Origin: a virus
Length of the DNA stretch: 64,000 nt
Virus record (IMG/VR): IMGVR_UViG_3300008050_000022
Coordinates: 41,938-105,937 of that record
Reading direction: 5' to 3' (one strand)
A program made the translations under genes and the position numbers. Shown here piece after piece: positions 1 through 9,576 of this stretch. The stretch's first letter is position 1; each line of letters begins with the position of its first letter. Under the pieces are notes generated by a model. The model did not search any database. It was given only the letters and a program-made list of their open reading frames with translations, and was not told where the DNA came from.

Positions 1-902
1 GCGACCCCCGAGTCGGCAAGGCCGAGCAGTACGCTCTGAACGCCCTCGATCTCCGTATGCAGCACCTGGTCGAGAAGACCGACCGGGACGGCAGGGTGAT
101 CAAGTACAGCAAGGGTGACCGCGCTGGTGAGGCCGTGATGGAGCGCCGTGCCTGCGAGGGCAAGGGCTGCGAGCACTGCGACGATGGCCTGGACCAGGTG
201 GTGGCTCGCAAGGGCTACATGCAGCTGGGCTCGGGTCACTACGGAGAGCACGGAATCCTCGGTCTCGAGCAGACCATCGAGGACAACTGCCGATCCTGCC
301 AGGAAGGCGAGATCACCCGAGTCGCCCTGACGTGCCCCGAGTGCGGGGAGGTCTGCGCCGACAGCCAGGTCTTCGACGCCGATGACCTGGAGGGGCTCTA
401 CAACGAGGGCATGAACTGCTCGGAGTGCAAGGCCAAGGGGATCTTCCCCATGGAGGAGCTCGAGTGCTCCGAGTGCAAGCAGCCGGCTCGTGCCGGGCTC
501 TCCGACGTCGTGTGGTTCCTCCGCAAGACGGGAGAGGGCAAGGACAGCAAGGTGTCCGCGTATCGGAAGAAGGAGCAGCCCTGGTGCTGGCTCAAGGACT
601 TCGACATGTCGGGCGACGATGACTTCGTGGCCGAGGACTACGAGATCGAGGAGACGGACGACGGCAAGTTCGCCATCAAGTACGAGTTCCACAAGGACCT
701 CCAGGACATGCTGAAGCCCTACGACTTCAACGCGGTCAAGGGGATCGGAGTCCCGAAGCTGTCGGCCGCCAAGGTCTGCGACTTCCTCGGGATGACGGTT
801 CCGGACGGCGTTGACCCCGGTGACGACGATCCAGCCCCCTCCAGCGGTGGAGGTGGCTCTACCCGCAGCTCCTCCCGCCGTCGCGGTGGGGCTCGCAGGT
901 AG
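1..902 (+). CDS. Zn-rich protein, possibly ssDNA-binding (5' truncated by window)
   Basis: Frame is open from position 3. Multiple CxxC pairs, acidic region and Gly/Ser/Arg tail; lies directly upstream of the DNA polymerase. Function is inferred from position. Confidence 0.45.
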   Translation, partial: DPRVGKAEQYALNALDLRMQHLVEKTDRDGRVIKYSKGDRAGEAVMERRACEGKGCEHCDDGLDQVVARKGYMQLGSGHYGEHGILGLEQTIEDNCRSCQEGEITRVALTCPECGEVCADSQVFDADDLEGLYNEGMNCSECKAKGIFPMEELECSECKQPARAGLSDVVWFLRKTGEGKDSKVSAYRKKEQPWCWLKDFDMSGDDDFVAEDYEIEETDDGKFAIKYEFHKDLQDMLKPYDFNAVKGIGVPKLSAAKVCDFLGMTVPDGVDPGDDDPAPSSGGGGSTRSSSRRRGGARR

Positions 903-913
903 CAACCCCTAAG

Positions 914-943
914 GAGGGGAGGGGCCTTCGGGCCCCTCCCCTC
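914..943 (+). terminator. 13-bp GC hairpin with cUUCGg loop, no U-tract
   Basis: GAGGGGAGGGGCC-TTCG-GGCCCCTCCCCTC, followed immediately by the GGAGG SD of the polymerase gene. Confidence 0.6.
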
Positions 944-952
944 GGAGGCGTA

Positions 953-2980
953 ATGCTTAGACCTGTAGCCGAGTTCATCGACTCGGAGAAGAAAGCCAAA
1001 GACGTCCTGCGCTACGTGATGAAGCACACGGACGTGGGCGTGGACACGGAGACCACCGGTCTCAACATCTCCCGGGACTACGTTCTGTTCTGGGGACTGG
1101 CGACTGAAGATCGCCGCTTCTGTATCACCGACGACGTGCTCCCGATCTTCGAGCCCTTCTTCGTAGACAAGAAGATCGACAAGCACTTCACCAACGCCAA
1201 GTACGACCTGCACATCCTGGCGAACTCTGGCATCCCAACTGTCAACGGCCACATCATCTGCACTCGTACCCTGGACTGGCTCCTGGACGAGAACCGCAGA
1301 GGCATGCACGGCCTCAAGGAGTGTGTCTGGGATCACCTAGGTGACCGGATGCTCAAGTTCGACGAGGTCTTCGGCAAGAAGATGTCCGCCGAGAAGCAGC
1401 CTCGCTTCCTCCTGGACGTGTTGAACGACGTAGACGGAGGCGGACGAGAGAAGGCAGTAGAGTACGCCTCCAGAGATCCGTGGGAGTCCCTACGACTGTC
1501 CCTGTACCTCCAGGAGGCGCTGGATGAGGTTCCTATGGGTGAGGAGGGCAGCTACACGCTGCTCGACCACTTCTGGGACGTGGAGGAGCCGTTTACCAGA
1601 GTCCTGTACCGCATGGAGCGGAGGGGAGTCATGGTGGACACCGGCTACCTGGATGAAATCTCCCCCGGCATCGCTAAGAGGGTCGAGGAGATCGAACGAT
1701 CCTTCAACGCCGCCGCTGGGAAGCCCGTCAACATCCGCAGCTCCAAGCAGCTTGCAGCCCTCTTCTTCGACGAGCTCGGCGTGCGTCCCACCAAGTGGGG
1801 CAAGCCCAGCAAGGTGACGGGCCTGAAGAACCCGTCCTGTGACAAGGAGGTAGTGGAGGCCTGGCGGGGAGGAGACATCGCCTTCTGGGACGGGGATGAG
1901 GACGTACCTCCAGAGGACTGTGAGGAAGAGCGGGAGATGGTGCAGGAGCTCGCACAGTCGTTGGGGGATCATCGCAAGCTGGCGAAGTTCCTCAGCACCT
2001 ACGTCTATGGGCTGGCGAAGTGGACTGACTCGAACTTCAGAGTCCATCCGACCTTGAACCAGAGTGTGACCGTCACTGGTCGCTTGTCCTGCGGCGATCC
2101 CAACCTGCAGAACATCCCCCGGAAGGAGAACGACGTGTTCAAAATCCGGGATGCCTTCATCGCTGACGGGGGGAACATCCTCTACGTGGCGGACTATGCC
2201 CAGCTCGAGATGCGCCTCATGGCTCACTTCAGCAGGGACGCCAACATGATCAAGTCCATCCTGGACGGCACGGACCTTCACGGGTTCACGGTGTCCGAGA
2301 TGAACATGGGCTTCTCCTATGCGGACGTGGTCTCGGCAAGGAAGGTGAAGGACTCTGGGGGCAAGTTGACTCCTCACCAGGCAGACGCTCTCCGAACTCG
2401 TAGTGCGGCCAAGGCCGTTGGCTTCGGCTTGATCTACGGGATCGGTGAGGTGAAGCTGGGGATGCAGCTGGGTCTGCCGATCATCATGCGGCAGGGACGT
2501 AACGGAAAACTGCGTCCCAGCTGCCCTGAGGCGGCGAAGATCACGAAAGCGTACTTCGGAGTGTTCCCAGGTGTGCAGGACTTCATCAAGGACACGCACA
2601 GGGCGTGTAGAGACATGGAGTACGTGCAGACCTACTTGGGGCGCTACCGTCGGCTGCCGACGATCAACTCGGGTAACAGGATGCTGGCCTCTCAGGCTCG
2701 GCGACAGAGTGTGAACTCGATCATTCAGGGATCGGCCGCTGATGTGGCCCGACTTGCGATGATCAAGTGTGAGTTTGATCCCGACCTCGAAGCTGCCGGA
2801 GTAAGGCAGCTGCTGCAGGTCCATGACGAGCTCATCTTCGAGATGCCAGATCACAAGGACATCCGCAGGGATGTTCAGGAGAGAATCCAGGGGCACATGG
2901 AGCACCCCTTTGAAGAGCCTCTACTAGTTCCACTCCCTGCAGACGGTGCGTTTGCTGTGGCGTGGGGAAATGCACATTAG
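953..2980 (+). CDS. polA: DNA polymerase family A (3'-5' exonuclease + polymerase, no 5' nuclease domain)
   Basis: Exo motifs DTETTG, NAKYD, YASRD; TGRLSC..PNLQNIP; motif A DYAQLEMR; motif B RSAAKAVGFGLIYG; motif C VHDELIF. Confidence 0.97.
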   Translation: MLRPVAEFIDSEKKAKDVLRYVMKHTDVGVDTETTGLNISRDYVLFWGLATEDRRFCITDDVLPIFEPFFVDKKIDKHFTNAKYDLHILANSGIPTVNGHIICTRTLDWLLDENRRGMHGLKECVWDHLGDRMLKFDEVFGKKMSAEKQPRFLLDVLNDVDGGGREKAVEYASRDPWESLRLSLYLQEALDEVPMGEEGSYTLLDHFWDVEEPFTRVLYRMERRGVMVDTGYLDEISPGIAKRVEEIERSFNAAAGKPVNIRSSKQLAALFFDELGVRPTKWGKPSKVTGLKNPSCDKEVVEAWRGGDIAFWDGDEDVPPEDCEEEREMVQELAQSLGDHRKLAKFLSTYVYGLAKWTDSNFRVHPTLNQSVTVTGRLSCGDPNLQNIPRKENDVFKIRDAFIADGGNILYVADYAQLEMRLMAHFSRDANMIKSILDGTDLHGFTVSEMNMGFSYADVVSARKVKDSGGKLTPHQADALRTRSAAKAVGFGLIYGIGEVKLGMQLGLPIIMRQGRNGKLRPSCPEAAKITKAYFGVFPGVQDFIKDTHRACRDMEYVQTYLGRYRRLPTINSGNRMLASQARRQSVNSIIQGSAADVARLAMIKCEFDPDLEAAGVRQLLQVHDELIFEMPDHKDIRRDVQERIQGHMEHPFEEPLLVPLPADGAFAVAWGNAH

Positions 2981-2992
2981 TCTATTTCCCCC

Positions 2993-3526
2993 ATGGGGGA
3001 AGACGGAGCCGTACCCATGGACGACCTAAAGACAGATAAGCAGGTGGTGGCTCTCATCGACGAGATCAAACACCGCCTCAAGGCAGGACAGCCTTACTCC
3101 CTACTGCGATCAGACTTCTGCATCGCCTTGAACCAGCTCATCGAGAAGCATGGACTGGACTGGGATCCCCACAGCTACGCCCGCCTACCAGAGAAGCCTC
3201 TCATCAAGTGGCAGTCCTGGGAGTACGTAGGGATCGAGGTATTCCTGTGGGTCGATGACCTGCCTGAACACGTCAACCCTCTCACGGACCTGCCGACCAT
3301 CAAGGAGAGGGACGGCATCAAGGAGGGGGATCTGCTCATCGTGGGTAGCGTTTTCGGCTGGACAAAGGCTCGAGCAGGAGCGGTGTTGGCTGACGGGAGC
3401 ATCAACGCCAAGAGCACCGCAGGATCCATGTTGTGCTTCCTGGAGTTCGCCAAGGACGACAGGAAGTGCTGGATCTGTAGCGGTTCAGGCAACCTGGCCG
3501 CCATCAAGAAGCTGGAGCTGAAGTGA
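2993..3526 (+). CDS. Hypothetical protein (start may be ATG at 3017)
   Basis: Coding-like codon usage, coupled to the next gene; GGAG precedes the second ATG. Confidence 0.75.
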   Translation: MGEDGAVPMDDLKTDKQVVALIDEIKHRLKAGQPYSLLRSDFCIALNQLIEKHGLDWDPHSYARLPEKPLIKWQSWEYVGIEVFLWVDDLPEHVNPLTDLPTIKERDGIKEGDLLIVGSVFGWTKARAGAVLADGSINAKSTAGSMLCFLEFAKDDRKCWICSGSGNLAAIKKLELK

Positions 3527-4005
3527 GTGATCTAGGACAATGCCCTAACGGGTGCGGCGAACTCGTTGCTAATGAGAGGCGGGCGTACTGCATCGAATGC
3601 GGAGCTACGCCAGGCTTCATTGTTGGTGACCGCATGCCGATCACCAAGGTGATCGAGTCTTCGTCGATGAAGGACTGGTTCGGGCTAGAGGAGGAGCACT
3701 TCTTCAAGCCCGAGGACGTCAAGAAGATGTGGGCCGACTGCGATGACATCGTTAGGAAGGCTGGAGTCGCTCACGGTGAGCGCTTTGACGTCCCCTACAC
3801 CCCCGAGGAGCTGGCCAAGTGGGCGAAGGCGGATGAGGCATACAAGAGGGCAGTGCTCGACCCTCTATCTGAGATCTTCGAGGAGTTCGGGGAAGGGATC
3901 AGAGACGCGATGGCCAAGTACCTTCCCGCTGTAAGGGGGTGCCCCGGCTGTTACCAACTGCCCGACCACTGCATCTGCCCGGAGACCAACGATGACGAGA
4001 AGTGA
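3523..4005 (+). CDS. Hypothetical Zn-ribbon protein
   Basis: CPNGCG...CIECG at the N-terminus and CPGC...CIC at the C-terminus; GTGA overlap with the previous stop. Confidence 0.75.
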   Translation: MSDLGQCPNGCGELVANERRAYCIECGATPGFIVGDRMPITKVIESSSMKDWFGLEEEHFFKPEDVKKMWADCDDIVRKAGVAHGERFDVPYTPEELAKWAKADEAYKRAVLDPLSEIFEEFGEGIRDAMAKYLPAVRGCPGCYQLPDHCICPETNDDEK

Positions 4006-4303
4006 GCTGATCGAGAGGGTTCTTGTTCGACTAGGCGAGGACCCTCTCTGGAAGGAGAAAGTTCCTGGGAAAGCGTCTGGAAGACAGGTGATTTCCCAGG
4101 TACTCAAGGGTACAATCGCTGAGCTGGTTGACGCCGTTGAGGACAAGATCGACGTCCAGGTTCACGGCCTCGGGACCTTCCTGGTCTCGAAGCAGAAGGT
4201 CCAGGGCTATGACTTCCGCAACGGCAAGCAGTTGCCTGTCGAGAAGAGGTACGTGCTTCGGTTCCGGCCCGGCAAAGCACTCATCGCAGCCTTGGAGAAA
4301 TGA
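3992..4303 (+). CDS. HU/IHF-family DNA-binding protein
   Basis: VQVHGLGTF...GYDFRNGKQLPV...VLRFRPGKAL matches the HU/IHF arm signature. Confidence 0.9.
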   Translation: MTRSELIERVLVRLGEDPLWKEKVPGKASGRQVISQVLKGTIAELVDAVEDKIDVQVHGLGTFLVSKQKVQGYDFRNGKQLPVEKRYVLRFRPGKALIAALEK

Positions 4304-4482
4304 TGGACAAGTACGCAGTAGAGATCGAACCCGGCATCGAGAAGACCGCCCAGCGCGGGAACGTCAAGCACTGCCAGAAGTGCGGCAAGAAGCTCTCCCA
4401 GAGCTCCAATGTGCCGCACTGTGCCGACTGCGGAACTCAGCCCTTCGAGCGGCATAAGACTCCCGATACCAAGCGGCGTTAG
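4300..4482 (+). CDS. Small Zn-ribbon protein
   Basis: CQKCG...CADCG; ATGA overlap. Confidence 0.75.
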   Translation: MMDKYAVEIEPGIEKTAQRGNVKHCQKCGKKLSQSSNVPHCADCGTQPFERHKTPDTKRR

Positions 4483-4535
4483 CCGCAACTAATCAATTGC
4501 GTTTACAGGCGCTCAATGAGCGTCAGGGGATACCT

Positions 4536-5774
4536 ATGGCTAAAAGAAAGACTGCTGCCCGGAAGGAAGGGCCGAAGCTGTCCCGCAGGGACAGGATCCA
4601 GGAGCTGAAGGCGAGGATCAACAAGAACTACGGCGGCAAGGGCGTGATGATGTCTGGGGACGAGTACGAGGCACCGTTCCTGGTGCTACGTCGTCCCTCC
4701 GGAATCGTAGAGCTCGACATCGCTTGCGGTGGTGGCCTGCCTGCAGGTGGTCTGAGCGAGCTCATCGGCAAGACCTCCTCCGGGAAGACGACGCTGATGA
4801 ACCAGTACTTCCGTCGTCAGCAACAGCTGCGAGGGGATGACGCCACGCTCGCAATCGCCATGACCGAGCACAAGTTCGACAAGGGACACGCGAAGTTCAA
4901 CTGCGGCGTGGTTCTGCCTATCCACAAGCGAGAGATCGCTGCCTTCGAGAAGACCCATCGCCGCATCCTCGACGACGCCGAGAGGCTCAAGATGTCGGAG
5001 ACGTTGGGGGTCTTCGAGGAGATCGGATCGGACATCGTTGACACGCTGTACGAGATCATTCTCGACTGCGTGGAGGACAAGACGTTCGACATCATCGGGA
5101 TCGACTCTTGGGGTGCCGTGCTCACGAAGGTGGCCCAAGAGGCAGAGATGGACGCTCGCATCCCTGGTGGTGCGGCTCTCATCAACACCATGTTCGTCAA
5201 CAAGATCGCCGGCCTGTTCGCTGTTCCTCGAGGGGGAGAGATGAACTACACCAGTGTCCTGGGCGTCAACCAGTACCGGGAGAAGATCGGCGGCAAGAAC
5301 ATGCGGGCCGGTGACATGACCAACATGAGCGTGCAGGGGGGCAACGCCCTCAAGCACCTCAAGCTCCTGTCGATCTACCTGGACTCCTCTGCCTACTGGA
5401 AGGAGGTCCAGGGGAAGAACAGGAGGATCGGCAAGAAGGTCAAGTGGACGATCTACAAGGGCAAAGCAGGGTGCCATGACGGTGCCTCCGGTGAGTTCAA
5501 CCTGATCTACGGCAAGGGTCTGGACATTGCCGGAGCCAACATGATGTCGGCTCTCAAGCGAGGGATCATTCGTCAGAGGGGGGCCTGGCTGACCATCGTC
5601 GACTCGTCAGACGAGACGGAGATCCTCAAGGCCAACGGCAAGGTCAAGATGACTGAGGCCCTGGAGAACGACCCCGATGTCCACGAGTGGCTTGTGGACG
5701 AGGTGGTCAGGTACGCCATCAAAGAAGAGGGGGCGATCGTCAACACCAACTACCTGCCCCCGGAAGATGACTGA
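4536..5774 (+). CDS. recA: RecA/UvsX-like recombinase
   Basis: SGIVELDIACGGGLPAG, Walker A GKTSSGKTT, Walker B IIGIDS, NQYREKIG, GGNALKH, GAW. ATG at 4536 follows an AGGGGA SD. Confidence 0.93.
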   Translation: MAKRKTAARKEGPKLSRRDRIQELKARINKNYGGKGVMMSGDEYEAPFLVLRRPSGIVELDIACGGGLPAGGLSELIGKTSSGKTTLMNQYFRRQQQLRGDDATLAIAMTEHKFDKGHAKFNCGVVLPIHKREIAAFEKTHRRILDDAERLKMSETLGVFEEIGSDIVDTLYEIILDCVEDKTFDIIGIDSWGAVLTKVAQEAEMDARIPGGAALINTMFVNKIAGLFAVPRGGEMNYTSVLGVNQYREKIGGKNMRAGDMTNMSVQGGNALKHLKLLSIYLDSSAYWKEVQGKNRRIGKKVKWTIYKGKAGCHDGASGEFNLIYGKGLDIAGANMMSALKRGIIRQRGAWLTIVDSSDETEILKANGKVKMTEALENDPDVHEWLVDEVVRYAIKEEGAIVNTNYLPPEDD

Positions 5775-6270
5775 GTTCAAGCCGTGTCCTAGCTGTGGGG
5801 CAGAAGGCTCCTTCTCGCAGTACATGAGGAGGTACCTCTTCCAGTGCTCCGAGTGCTTCGGAGTCTTCAAGCAGAGCGTCCTCGAGAAGCCGAAGAAGCG
5901 CACCCGTGCCAGCCACAAGGCAAAGGCACAGGTGCGTAGGAGTCGGAAGAACGAGAACAAACGAGCTCGCAGCATCGGAGGGAAGGTGACTCCTGGATCA
6001 GGAAACCGGGAGCTGCCTTCCCTCAAGGGCGACGTCGTCGTGGAAAACGTCCTCCGTGAGGAGGATAAGGAAACCGAGGCCAAGAGCTTCGTACTGAAGG
6101 CTTCTGAGCTGGAGAAGATCCAGATAGAGGCTCGAGCTAACGGAGAACTCATGGCCTTCCGAGTCACTTTCCTGGGTGGCCGGAAACCGAAGTCCTACGT
6201 CCTGGTCACGGAGGACGTATTCGACACCTTCATAGACCTGTGGAGAGCAGATGCAGATCAAGACGATTGA
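5767..6270 (+). CDS. Zn-ribbon + Hjc-like PD-(D/E)xK nuclease (putative Holliday junction resolvase)
   Basis: CPSCG..CSEC, then E..A...GGKVTPGSG....KGDV......EDKET...SFVLK, the pattern of resolvase-like genes found beside phage recA. Confidence 0.7.
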   Translation: MTEFKPCPSCGAEGSFSQYMRRYLFQCSECFGVFKQSVLEKPKKRTRASHKAKAQVRRSRKNENKRARSIGGKVTPGSGNRELPSLKGDVVVENVLREEDKETEAKSFVLKASELEKIQIEARANGELMAFRVTFLGGRKPKSYVLVTEDVFDTFIDLWRADADQDD

Positions 6271-7090
6271 AGACGGGCTGCGGCTCGGCAAGGAGAAGCT
6301 AGTAGCGCTGGGCAAGACCGTCTCCTTTCGAGCGGACCTGCTCGACTGGATCGAAGAGAACATGAACCGAAACAGCTCCGACCGAGAGGTGAAGGAGCTC
6401 GAATGTGGGACGTGCGAGGGATCAGGAGTCCTGATATCGCGACCTCGCTCACGAGGAAGACTTCACCCCTCTTCGTTCAAGCCGGATGCCTGCTTGCAGA
6501 AGCACTGGTACGACTTGATCGACGACGGGGACGAGGTAGAGGAGCGGGGGAACTTCGAGGCCGAGACCCTGATGATCTTCCAGACGGGGCACTGGGTCCA
6601 TGATGGACTGCAAGGCTTCGCTGCCAAGATGTATGGGGACACGTTCGAGGCAGAGGTGCCTGCCCGCATCGACGACTACTTCATCAGCGGATCTGCTGAC
6701 GGAGAGCGAACCGTTCCTCAGCTGCGGTACGGCTTCGAGTTCAAGACGATCAAGGAGCAGCGGTTCAACGAGCTCACAGGTGTGAAGGAAGATCACATCT
6801 GGCAGGGCACCGTGTACATGAAGGCGCTGGATCTCCCGGTGATGCTCTTCATCTACTTCAACAAGAACAACTCGCACCTCTTGGAGTTCGTGTCCCCCTT
6901 CAATCCTGCCGTATGGGAGGAGATCGAAGAGACCCTTATCACCCCCGTCCTGGAGGCGGGGAATGACGGTCCTGGGGCAGTGACTCCTCGCGGTCGTGAG
7001 GTCACCAAGTGGACCTGCAGGGACTGCGGATACAACCACGGTTGCCCGCTCTCCAAGTTCAAGCCAGGCCGCAGGAGGCGTAAGCGATGA
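6251..7090 (+). CDS. Cas4-like PD-(D/E)xK exonuclease
   Basis: HPSS...C, G..VH..LQ, SGSADG, EFKT, Q..VYM and C-terminal CxxC-x4-C (Fe-S staple pattern). Confidence 0.85.
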   Translation: MQIKTIEDGLRLGKEKLVALGKTVSFRADLLDWIEENMNRNSSDREVKELECGTCEGSGVLISRPRSRGRLHPSSFKPDACLQKHWYDLIDDGDEVEERGNFEAETLMIFQTGHWVHDGLQGFAAKMYGDTFEAEVPARIDDYFISGSADGERTVPQLRYGFEFKTIKEQRFNELTGVKEDHIWQGTVYMKALDLPVMLFIYFNKNNSHLLEFVSPFNPAVWEEIEETLITPVLEAGNDGPGAVTPRGREVTKWTCRDCGYNHGCPLSKFKPGRRRRKR

Positions 7091-7656
7091 GTCGACGACG
7101 AGAGCTAAAGGTCAGCCCCTCTGACTCTGATGACGTAGCCGCCGAGTACGAGGCTGCGTTTGATGAGGCAGTGGATGAGCTGGAAGAGAAAGGAGTGGCC
7201 TTGTCTACCTCCGCCCCCAAGACCGACTTTTGTGGGATCTTGCCCTCGAACCTGCCTGCCCTGGATTCCAAGGACCTGGGGGAGCTCTTGGGCCAGACGC
7301 AGACCTGGAGGTCCTACGTGTCCGGCCTGATGGCGCTAGCCGACGGCCAGAGCACTGCCCTGGAGCACGCCTTGAAGGCGGCCGAGGCAGAGGCACGGAA
7401 GCGCTTCGCCCACAGCGACGACATGAAGAAGTACGAGAAGGACGATGACGTGAGGCTGGATCCTCGAGTGGTGGAGCTCCGTGCTCGCTTCCTCAAGGCC
7501 AAGATCATGTCGGACTTCCTCTCCAAGAGTGTGGTTCCTTCTGCCGAGGGCTCGTACGGAGCAGTCAGCAGAGAGATCTCCCGCCGAGAAGGCGACCTGA
7601 GTACTGGGATGCGTACCACCAACGCTACCGGCAGGCGCCGGGGGCGAGGACGTTGA
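7087..7656 (+). CDS. Helical/coiled-coil hypothetical, possibly a recombination mediator
   Basis: Coupled ORF within the recombination operon; mediator role is positional inference only. Confidence 0.6.
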   Translation: MSRRRELKVSPSDSDDVAAEYEAAFDEAVDELEEKGVALSTSAPKTDFCGILPSNLPALDSKDLGELLGQTQTWRSYVSGLMALADGQSTALEHALKAAEAEARKRFAHSDDMKKYEKDDDVRLDPRVVELRARFLKAKIMSDFLSKSVVPSAEGSYGAVSREISRREGDLSTGMRTTNATGRRRGRGR

Positions 7657-8141
7657 CCGTCGTATTCGAGTACCCCGGCCTGCCCTTGTCCGAGAACCGT
7701 GCCTACTTCACCAAGGGGAAGATGCGGATCTTGAACAAGGACGGCCGGGCGTGGAAAAGCAGGCTGCGAAGTGATCTGTGGGAGGCCCTGGACAAGGAGT
7801 TGAACGAGCTCCTGGATCTGGCAGGCGATGACCTCTGGATCATGGTCGGATACGACATCTACTTCGACTCCTTAGTCAACAAAGGGTGGCTGAAAGGAAA
7901 GGCGAAGACTCGCTATAAGAAATGTGATGCACGGACCAGGGTTAAGCTACTCGAAGACGCGCTGTCCGAAGCCCTAGGCATTGACGATTCGCGCTTCCAA
8001 GTCGACCACATCTACAAGTGGCATGACCCCGACAACCCGCGTGTGCGGGTGGAACTGACCGTCATCGATCCTGAGGACTTCGGCGTGCCAGAAGGATTCA
8101 TCGATGTCGAAGGAGGAGGCGCCGTGCCCAGCGCACGGTAG
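7653..8141 (+). CDS. rusA: RusA-family Holliday junction resolvase
   Basis: PLSEN..Y, D...RVKLLEDAL....GIDDSRF, K.....NPRVRVEL. Confidence 0.85.
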   Translation: MTVVFEYPGLPLSENRAYFTKGKMRILNKDGRAWKSRLRSDLWEALDKELNELLDLAGDDLWIMVGYDIYFDSLVNKGWLKGKAKTRYKKCDARTRVKLLEDALSEALGIDDSRFQVDHIYKWHDPDNPRVRVELTVIDPEDFGVPEGFIDVEGGGAVPSAR

Positions 8142-8481
8142 CTACAAGGATCGTGACGGGGTCAAGAGGTACTACAGATCAGCTAGCCGAATGTTTTGTT
8201 TACTGGAGTCGTACGACGCCTGCAGGAAGTGTGAACACACGGAGTTCGAATTAGAGCTGATCAAGGCGGACACACTCGTCGAGTGTCCCGTCGTGGCTGC
8301 GGCCCAATGTGGTCCAGGAGCCACTGACGATCCCGTTAGGAACGCAGAAATAGACAAGCTACGAGAAGGAGACGGACCACCAGATGCACTGACCACACTA
8401 AACACCTGCGTATCGGACATGCCCTTCCCGGTATGTCCAGGATGCCTAACGAGGCGAAAATGGACGAAGAAACCAAGCTGA
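8104..8481 (+). CDS. Cys-rich hypothetical protein
   Basis: Several Cys clusters (CPAH, CxxC, CPGC); overlaps neighbours in operon fashion. Confidence 0.6.
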   Translation: MSKEEAPCPAHGSYKDRDGVKRYYRSASRMFCLLESYDACRKCEHTEFELELIKADTLVECPVVAAAQCGPGATDDPVRNAEIDKLREGDGPPDALTTLNTCVSDMPFPVCPGCLTRRKWTKKPS

Positions 8482-8774
8482 TCAACGTCACGGAACTTGT
8501 GACTTGCGGCGACGAGCAAGGTCTCGGAGTCCTGTCTCGAGGGGCCGGCAAGAAGCGACTGAAGGAGGTCGTCATCGAGGGCGAAGATCCGACAGAGAGC
8601 GACCTCTGTGGGACAACTTCTCTACGAGAGCGAACCACCTACTTCATCCGCAAGTATCGCCGCCAGATCACACTCCCCCCATCCGTGGGAGGCGGGCCCT
8701 GTAGCGGGGATTGCCGTACCTACGGGTGCCCTACCATCGTCGCGATCAACTGCTCTAGGAACATGAGCAAGTGA
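8460..8774 (+). CDS. Cys-rich hypothetical protein
   Basis: GAGG SD before ATG 8460; C-terminal CSGDC...GCP.....NC. Confidence 0.65.
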   Translation: MDEETKLINVTELVTCGDEQGLGVLSRGAGKKRLKEVVIEGEDPTESDLCGTTSLRERTTYFIRKYRRQITLPPSVGGGPCSGDCRTYGCPTIVAINCSRNMSK

Positions 8775-9574
8775 GGTTCAAGAAACAGAGTTGTGCAGGT
8801 TGTGCCCTCGTGGCCGCCTGTGACGAAGCCGAGAATGTCGGCGCGGGTGAGATCTCCAGGGGACATTCCTGCTCTTCCTGGAAGGAGGCAACTGCTCCTA
8901 CGATCGCAGCTCGCAAAGACGCCATAGAGACGCTGGGGATGATCGGACTCAAGGCCATCCTCGACGTGCCAACCACCAAGATCCATAGCGGAGACATGAT
9001 GAGCGACAAAGAGACACGAACGACAGAGCTGGGCGACCTGAGCCGTCCCCAGCTGAAGACCGAGCTGTACAACATCCTCGCGGAGCTGAAGGGCAAGGAC
9101 CTCCAGGCCGCGTTGAAGGTGTACAACCCCGAGACGAAGTGGAACAGCGACGACGTGCTGGCCCTCAAGGAGGCGAAGCGTGCGGGCATCCGCACCAAGC
9201 CCGACCGTCTGATCGAGGTGATTCTCGGCCTCGAGTTCCCGGAGAAGCCCAAGACGACCCGTCGTCGCAAGGCCGCGGAGAAGGAGCCCGAGGAGACTGA
9301 GGAGGCTCCGAAGAAGACGACTCGCCGCCGCCGTACCACGAAGAAGGAAGAGCCGAAGGCGGATCCGATCGAGGTCAGCTTCGACGCGGAGGCTTTCATG
9401 GATGCGCTCATCGAGAAGATCGGCCCGTCCCTGAACGGGATCGCCGACGCGGTCGAGGCGCTGCAGAAGGACGTGAGCGCGCTCAAGACGGGTCAGACCG
9501 TCCTGGGTGTGGCGACTGTCGATGAAGAGATCGAGAGCCACGACGACCTGAAGGCGTTCCTCGAGGAGGGGTAG
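8771..9574 (+). CDS. Putative nucleic-acid-binding protein with basic KTTRRR repeats; probable internal start at 8996
   Basis: KPKTTRRRK and KKTTRRRRTTKK tracts, C-terminal coiled coil; GGAG SD before in-frame ATGATG at 8996. Confidence 0.7.
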   Translation: MRFKKQSCAGCALVAACDEAENVGAGEISRGHSCSSWKEATAPTIAARKDAIETLGMIGLKAILDVPTTKIHSGDMMSDKETRTTELGDLSRPQLKTELYNILAELKGKDLQAALKVYNPETKWNSDDVLALKEAKRAGIRTKPDRLIEVILGLEFPEKPKTTRRRKAAEKEPEETEEAPKKTTRRRRTTKKEEPKADPIEVSFDAEAFMDALIEKIGPSLNGIADAVEALQKDVSALKTGQTVLGVATVDEEIESHDDLKAFLEEG

Positions 9575-9576
9575 AT

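Noticed and set aside
1490-2905. 471-aa antisense ORF, and similar ones such as 4686-5477, 8720-9541 and 51137-52051
   Set aside because: Shadow frames of high-GC3 sense genes (polA, recA, rIIB); no motifs or SD.
953-5774. Inteins or introns in polA or recA
   Set aside because: Motif spacing is continuous; only short insertions, with no splice-junction or homing-endonuclease motifs.
6251-7090. Cas4-like gene as evidence of a CRISPR system
   Set aside because: No repeat-spacer array or other cas genes; stand-alone Cas4-like nucleases are common in phage replication modules.
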